From Azolla caroliniana (taxonomy: Eukaryota > Plantae > Polypodiophyta): DNA of 64,000 nucleotides. The position numbers were made by a program, and so were the translations under genes. The stretch lies in contig JBHGNT010000010.1 of NCBI GenBank assembly GCA_043228905.1, forward strand, positions 13,578,001-13,642,000. The letters are read 5' to 3'. This document shows, one piece after another, positions 57,479 through 64,000 of the stretch (the first letter of the stretch is position 1; the number at the start of each line of letters is the position of its first letter). The notes under the pieces were generated by a model. It ran no database searches. It was given only the letters and a program-made list of their open reading frames with translations, and was not told the DNA's origin.

Positions 57479-60400
57479 ATTGAATTTACAACATGTAACA
57501 TCGTTTTTATATCATGAAGCAAATCCTTTATTTTATATACATTATTAGTATAGAGTAAATGGTAAGATTTGAAAGTCATAGGGTGCCCTCTAGACCTGCA
57601 CATCCTCCGACATGTGCCATTATCTTTCATCTTCATGTTGATCTATTGGAGGAGGTTCAAGCTCAAACCTTTTCTTAAATACTTTTATCCTCTTTCCAGC
57701 TACCACGTTTAGGATTAGTGTCCCATCCAATTCACTAAGCTTATAAGTAAAGTTATCATATACTTTTCTTACTATATACGGCCCAAACCATCTTTCAGCG
57801 AACTTGCGGACGGTGCTATGTTGATTATCTAAACTGTTATCATACACGAGCACCCAATCTCCTTCTATTTTCTTAGGTCTAATTCTATGAGTTTTATCAA
57901 AACGAATTTTATTCTTCAGTCGAGCCTCCAATCGTTGGGCTATTATTTCTATATCTTTAGGTCAATGCTCTAATTGTTGAATTCGCAAAGCAAGTAATTC
58001 TTCTCTGCTCACCTCTTCTCTCCATGGAATAGATATCCATGACATAATTGATTCTTCTACCGGCATGATGGGCTTTTGGCCAAGTATCAATTCAACTGGC
58101 ATGTATCCTGTTACTGAACTATGAGTTGTTTGATCCGCCCATAGTGCATAAGGTAGCATGCGTGGCCAATCTCTTATTTTACCTTTACAGCTTTTCACGA
58201 TCGCCTTAACTATTGGGCTATGTCCTCTTTCAATCTTTCCATTGGCTTCTGGATTATACGTAGTTGTAAGTGATAATTTGACCCCTATTCGGTTGAAGAA
58301 TTCTCTAGCTTCATCAAAGTCCAGTTCTCCTCTATCTGCAATTATTTTACCAACACACCCGTAACGACATATTACATCTTCTAACAAAAATTTACATACA
58401 GCTCTAGTTGTTTTTTGTCGTAGTGGTCTTCCTTCTACTTGGTTTGTAAGGTCTTCTCTTGCTAGTACTAAATATCTCCTTTGACCTTCCCCAAGTGGCA
58501 TTGTCACTCGATCGACCATCCATTTATAATGCATTGATGATGAATATGTTGGTTTTAGCTCATCTCGATACCGGATAGTTGAATACCTTTGGCAAACCTC
58601 ACAGGTTTCCACAAATTTCGTTACATCTTTATACATATGTGGCCACCAATACTTTTCTTTCAACTTCATAAATGTCACCCATATGCCTCTATGTCCTGCC
58701 CACAAACTATCATGGAATTTATTAATTAATTTTCTCTTAATGTCATCCTTACAAATGACTCGAAGAGGATTTTCGGTTGGCCTTTTTGGACGCCTCCATA
58801 AATGCCCTTCATCTAAAAAAAACTTGAATGCTCGTCTTCAAAATTCATTTAATTGTTTCTTCAACCATGATGGGTTGGCTTCTTGAGTATTTAGAAAATT
58901 TCCTATATCTAACCATTGACCTTCATACTCCACATCTTTGAACATTATACTTACATTAAACTCATCGTGAGGCTTAATAGATACTTGATGAGCAACTTGA
59001 TGGCTTGTAGTTGCCCAATTCTTATCTTCAGCTTGCATCACCCTTTCATTTACGAACCTTGCTCTTGACAGCATATCTGCGATTGGGTTCTCTTTACCCT
59101 TTATATGCTGTAATTCTGGGTTCATGGTTCTAATGTATGCAATCCATTGAAGCATTGCAATATCCGGTGTGGTGCAACTTGCTATCAATCCAATGAGTGG
59201 CAAACAATCTGTTTCAACCACTACATCTGCTCCAATCAAGTAATGTCTATCTGTTTTTAATGCAGTAAGCAAACCCCACAATTCTCGTTTAACTTGTGCA
59301 TAGTTTCTTTGTCTTTCATTTAATATCTTTGCTCCAAATCTGATAGCATATCGATGTTGGTCTTCATCTTCTTGGTTGATAACCCAACCGATCCCGATTG
59401 GGCTAGTATCAACTGTTACTATAATTGGTCTTTCACCTTTGTAGTTTGGTTGACGAAGAACTTGTGTATGTTCATCAGTCCAAATAAACTTCTTTCCTTT
59501 TCTTAAAAGTTGGTAGAGAGGATCTGAGACATGTTCAAAGTGTGGTAACCAAATATGATAAAACACACATGCACCCAAAAATCTTCTCACCTCTGTTACC
59601 GAGTCGCAAACTTCCTTCATATTTTGTATTGCGTTAATTTTAATCGGTGAAGGCTTCCTCCCATACCACCCACACATATGACCAACTATTAGAACTTCGT
59701 TTTGCCCAAAGCAAGACTTTGTTCCTGATAGTGTCAAATGTACCTGCTCAAGCTTATTTAAAATACTTTCACAGTCATTAATGTGATCCATCACAAACTT
59801 TCTACAACCATTTCCAACCATAGTCTCATTTTTCTCTCTTTCTAAGTATCCCTTAATAGGAATATCATCTAAAAATGGCATAGTTACCTTTGGGATGTAT
59901 TCATGTAGAACTTTGTTCATTGCATTCATCATATCAGCAAACGAATTCGTCACACCTTGAGGTAGAGTGAGTGCACATTCGAACCAACCCAATTGGTATT
60001 TTCATTGTTGTGATATTGCGACTATCAATTGCTAGTTGAAATTGGTCGTATCTTGAATATAGGTCTCCCACAGAGTAAATCGCTCTTCCAGCAAACGCTT
60101 CCGCAAATTCATCAACGATCGGTCTGATTCCCGCATTTCGGATCGTGACTTTGTTGATTGGTTGTAGATCTTGAATGAATCTTTGAGAACCATCTTTCTT
60201 TGGAACTGTGAACCATCTATTGGAGTATGGTGCATTTGAAGGCTCTAAAATCTTCATCTTGACTTTATCCTTCAGCAGATCCAACAATTGAGGTAATCGA
60301 GCTCTTGGTACTGCAATAGGTTTAAAATTCTAAGGAATATGAGGGATAGTAAATATTACCATTGGCATCACCACCTTTGGATTTACACAACCAATCTCCT

Positions 60401-63400
60401 CAACTTTGAATGCGAATGCTTTCCCATGCGTAAAGATCATTTCTTTGAAAGTCGTGATCTCTGATTGCAGAAGAAATTCACCCTTTTCGATTCTCAAGTT
60501 ATTTATTGTCTCCGAAGTGAAGTGATATCCGATCTTCTCTATTGGTCGAAGCATAGGCTCGATTGTTGCTGCCTCCATCTTCTCTTCACTACCAATAGGT
60601 AATGGTACTGCAGCAGGTTTGACCTTTTTATCTATTGTTTTGTATTTTGTATTTACAATTATACCTATCAATCTTATAATACATATCAATTGAGTTTACA
60701 TGTATCTTTCTAACATTCTCATCATCTTCTTTCAAATACATTTCTAACTCTTCTAAAGTATTTGCAAAAGAAATTTCTTCCATAACACTTTCAATCTACT
60801 CTTCCATTTCAAGTACTCCATTATCCTTCAATGCCTGCTGAAACATATTAGCATTCTTTTTCAAGTTCCTCTTCCATTCATACATCCTAGTCACACATAT
60901 AGCACCACTTTCAGAAACATGAAATGACTTATTCATCTATTGTAATGCCCTATATGAGGGTCTTTTAATAATGGGACTATTGCAACCCTCACTCGCAACA
61001 GTCCTAGTCAAAAACCTGATTATCAAAATCATCACAATCTTTTGGTATTGAATGATCACGAAGCTCTTGCTTGTTCCTCTCATGATTTGGGCGAACTGTC
61101 ATAAATTGTACAGCTCGTCGTCCATCTTGGCTATGGATTTTCGCATAGCAAAAACCATTGTCGAGGACTTTGGTCTCCATCCGTACCACTGTAATGTATG
61201 GTTGCCCCGAGATTATTGGATAGGTAGATCCTTCCTGCACAAAGAAATGTTGATCTACCTCTATATCACCAATAGTTACCTTTACATTTGGGCATGCACC
61301 AAATAAATCTTTCGTGACTGATGTGGCAGCTTTTACTCGCCAACCATGTTGAGTATCAATTGGCCATCTACCTTTCCTATAAAAATCAGCACTCATTATA
61401 TTTATTTCAGAACCATGATCAATAAGTGCCATCACGAGGTCTCGAACATTTCCAATCTTTCACATGATGCTCAATAGTGGCTCTTGCCCAACATTTGCGA
61501 GAGTAATGGCTTCTTAAATCTGTTGAATTTATCATTGAGGTTGATGCATGTTGAGAGTCAACAACGATATTGTTTGACTAGTTGCTCACCACTTCATATG
61601 CCACCTTCGGATTTGTCTCTTTAACTTGCTCATTTACTTGCTTCTTTCTTCGCACAATATCAATTATTTCATCATGAAATTCCTTTTTTGCAATACCTAA
61701 CACTTCTCTTAGTGTAAATTCTACTCGACTGTCTAGTATTCTTGTTTCTAAAACTTTCTTTAAATCTGTATCCTTTTCAATATCAGACATTAATTTGAAT
61801 GAAGGACAAGATTTACCTTTTTCGACCTTTGCATCCATCTCTTTTCTTTTGCTGTCTCTTGTCTCATGCTTTTATGTTGAGCCAATCTCATCATCCGGCC
61901 TTTTCCTTTTTTCTTCCACTATCACCTCATGCTCTTGGTGTTCTGCCATCTGAGCATAGACCGTCATAGCATCTACTGGAACATCCCACCCAGTGTTTTT
62001 CCTTACAGAATCTCCGGCAACACGAAGGTCTTCCATCTTCATCTTTTGCTTTTGTGCGGTACTTACAACCTTCTCCCAGAATGATGATCGGGATGGCATG
62101 TCATCGAGGCACATTCCTGTCGTTGCCGAATAGTACATTGCGGAAGCCTTCTTTGCTTCAGCTTCTTCAAATTTAACCTTAACACCACCATCACCAAAGT
62201 TCTTTGTAAGTGGGCTTCTAGTTTCAGTTAAATAAATGTTACCATTTTTCCAATACACCAAGTCTCGATTTTCCATGTCTTTATATTCCGCACAATCACG
62301 TAATCGATGTTCGAGACTATCACACCACATGCATCGAGGTCGAAATGGTTCTCTTGACCTCGAAGTCTGACCATTCTCAAGCTTTGCCACTTTAATTGTT
62401 AGATCTTTCATACTTTGAACTAAATTATCAAGTAAAGACTCACTCTTAGTTTCGATCATTTCTCGTGGTTGATGGACCATTTCGTGTGATGGTTCTCGAA
62501 CAAGTCTTTGAACTTCGATGTTTTGCTCAAGACGATTTGTGATTCCCACATGTGGTATTTGTAGCATTGCACCATTCCTTTGCATTCTTTTCATAAATTT
62601 ATTACAAGCATTTGTTACCTCATTCCAATCTGTAGTTATACCATCCTCAATATTTGGTACTTCAAGCATGAATTCCAATTCTTTTCTATCTCTTGTCAAC
62701 TGCCTGCAAAAATAAAGCAACCTTTTGCCAAGACAAAGAATTTCTTTCTTCTGGCTTTAGGTGTCCATACATCCTATCAAACTCTTTTTTTGTGTCAAAC
62801 ACAGATAACCCTTTATCTTCTTTTAAGATCCATTCATGAAATGAACGCATAGTAACTCGAGAGAAATCCTCACGAGCATATTAAGACACAAGTGCTTCTT
62901 TGAAAGCATTCCAATCCAAACTATGCAATGCTTGTATTTCATGAATTCTATCTCTTAATTCCATGTCCACTAATTTATAAAAGTTTGCTATCATATTGAC
63001 ATCATTTATACCAAACATTTCCATTTCACATACTTCGAAATATTTGTGCCATCAAACATACCAATCTTCTCTTGGACTTCTCGTAAGGCATGAAATAATC
63101 GATCTTGATTCAACTTTTCAATAAACAACATTACCGGATCCATTGTACTCGTACTTGCCATGTTGATGTTGATCTTTACTTTAGATGTCTCTTCTACTTC
63201 CCCGTTTCACGTCGGGTTCACCAAATTGTGTCGTGACGTGGCTCACCTAGAAGCGTAGCGTTGTGCACACAAAGGATAACGTGAAAGTGAGGAAGGAATC
63301 ATTGGGATTATGGATGGAAGAGACGAAAGAGTAGAGATGGAGTGAATAGAGATCAATAAGATATGACAAAATAGGATTTTTAAGGAATATAAGATAAGAC

Positions 63401-63912
63401 AAGATAAGATATAAAATAATATATGAGAAAGTGTATGAAATTTATAATCATTTTCATGAAAGAGTTACAAAATGATTGTGCACATCGTTGAACCTCCGAA
63501 CTTTGTCTTGCAAGGTAATAACTCTTCTCTTTCTTGATCGTAGACCACTACAATCCTCACTTCAATATTTTGATGAAGATAAGGCTCGAACCGCCTCCCT
63601 CTTGTTGAGAGTTGACCACCACGATCACTAAGGTAGAGCTCCACGTTTATGTTAAACTTCTTCCTTTCTTTCTCTATTTATGGTATCTCTTATGTAATAC
63701 ATAATTGGATTGATATCTCATACCTCCCCCCTTTCATCTTCTCTTTCACCATTTAAATAGGTGCCCCCATGCATATGATGCATTGGAGGAAGTCATGCAT
63801 GTAGTGCATGAAATGCATGTGATGCATGATAGGCATCTCGTTCATTTGATCTTTCATGTATGAAAAAAATAAATGGCATAAGAATAAACATGAAAATATA
63901 GTTTTGAAAACA

Positions 63913-63983
63913 AAGGACCTAGCCTAATGGTAAATGTGTTGACTTTAGTATAGGAGGTTGTGGGTTCGAGTCTCTCAAACATT
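63913..63983 (+). promoter_or_regulatory. tRNA-like A-box/B-box module in the 5' LTR of F
   Basis: Second copy, TAGCCTAATGG ... GGTTCGAGTC. Presence in both LTRs shows it is part of the element. Confidence 0.65.
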
Positions 63984-64000
63984 ATTGAATTTACAACATG

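Larger units (their letters stand above)
56743..64000 (-). mobile_element. Decayed AT-rich Gypsy element F (Phygy-like); 5' LTR runs off the window
   Basis: 3' LTR 56743-~57580, 5' LTR from ~63229, tRNA-Trp PBS 63206-63223; gag, ALIDHGSEIN protease, PFLDD RT, RNase H, integrase (57620-58705). Homologous to K throughout. Confidence 0.92.

Overview
This is gene-free, nested-transposon DNA from a eukaryote. The element mix (Phygy-like and Tcn1-like Gypsy, two Copia groups, a Sola-like DNA transposon) suggests a non-seed land plant such as a moss, which is an inference. About 16 insertions tile the window almost end to end. Two Tork/Tnt1-like Copia copies have uninterrupted gag-pol ORFs: A (330-4403, +) and I (28019-32095, -). 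I has nearly identical LTRs and a CAAGG target-site duplication (TSD). All other elements are decayed. TSDs (AACAC, TATCG, CAAGG and an inverted GACCT) allow the nesting order and a ~2.7 kb inversion to be reconstructed. No host gene, real tRNA/rRNA gene or CRISPR array was found. Main observations: (1) a 71-72 nt tRNA-like A-box/B-box module sits antisense near the outer (U3) end of the LTRs of three different Gypsy families (four copies); (2) a conserved accessory ORF follows the integrase in two divergent non-chromoviral Gypsy copies; (3) a Tcn1-like chromovirus has a Tf1-type 11-nt self-priming arrangement; (4) a palindromic TAGCTAATTAGCTA array with a 155-bp period lies beside a Sola2-like transposase; (5) CCGG sites appear to be selectively retained. 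All alignments and lineage names were made by eye, without database searches.
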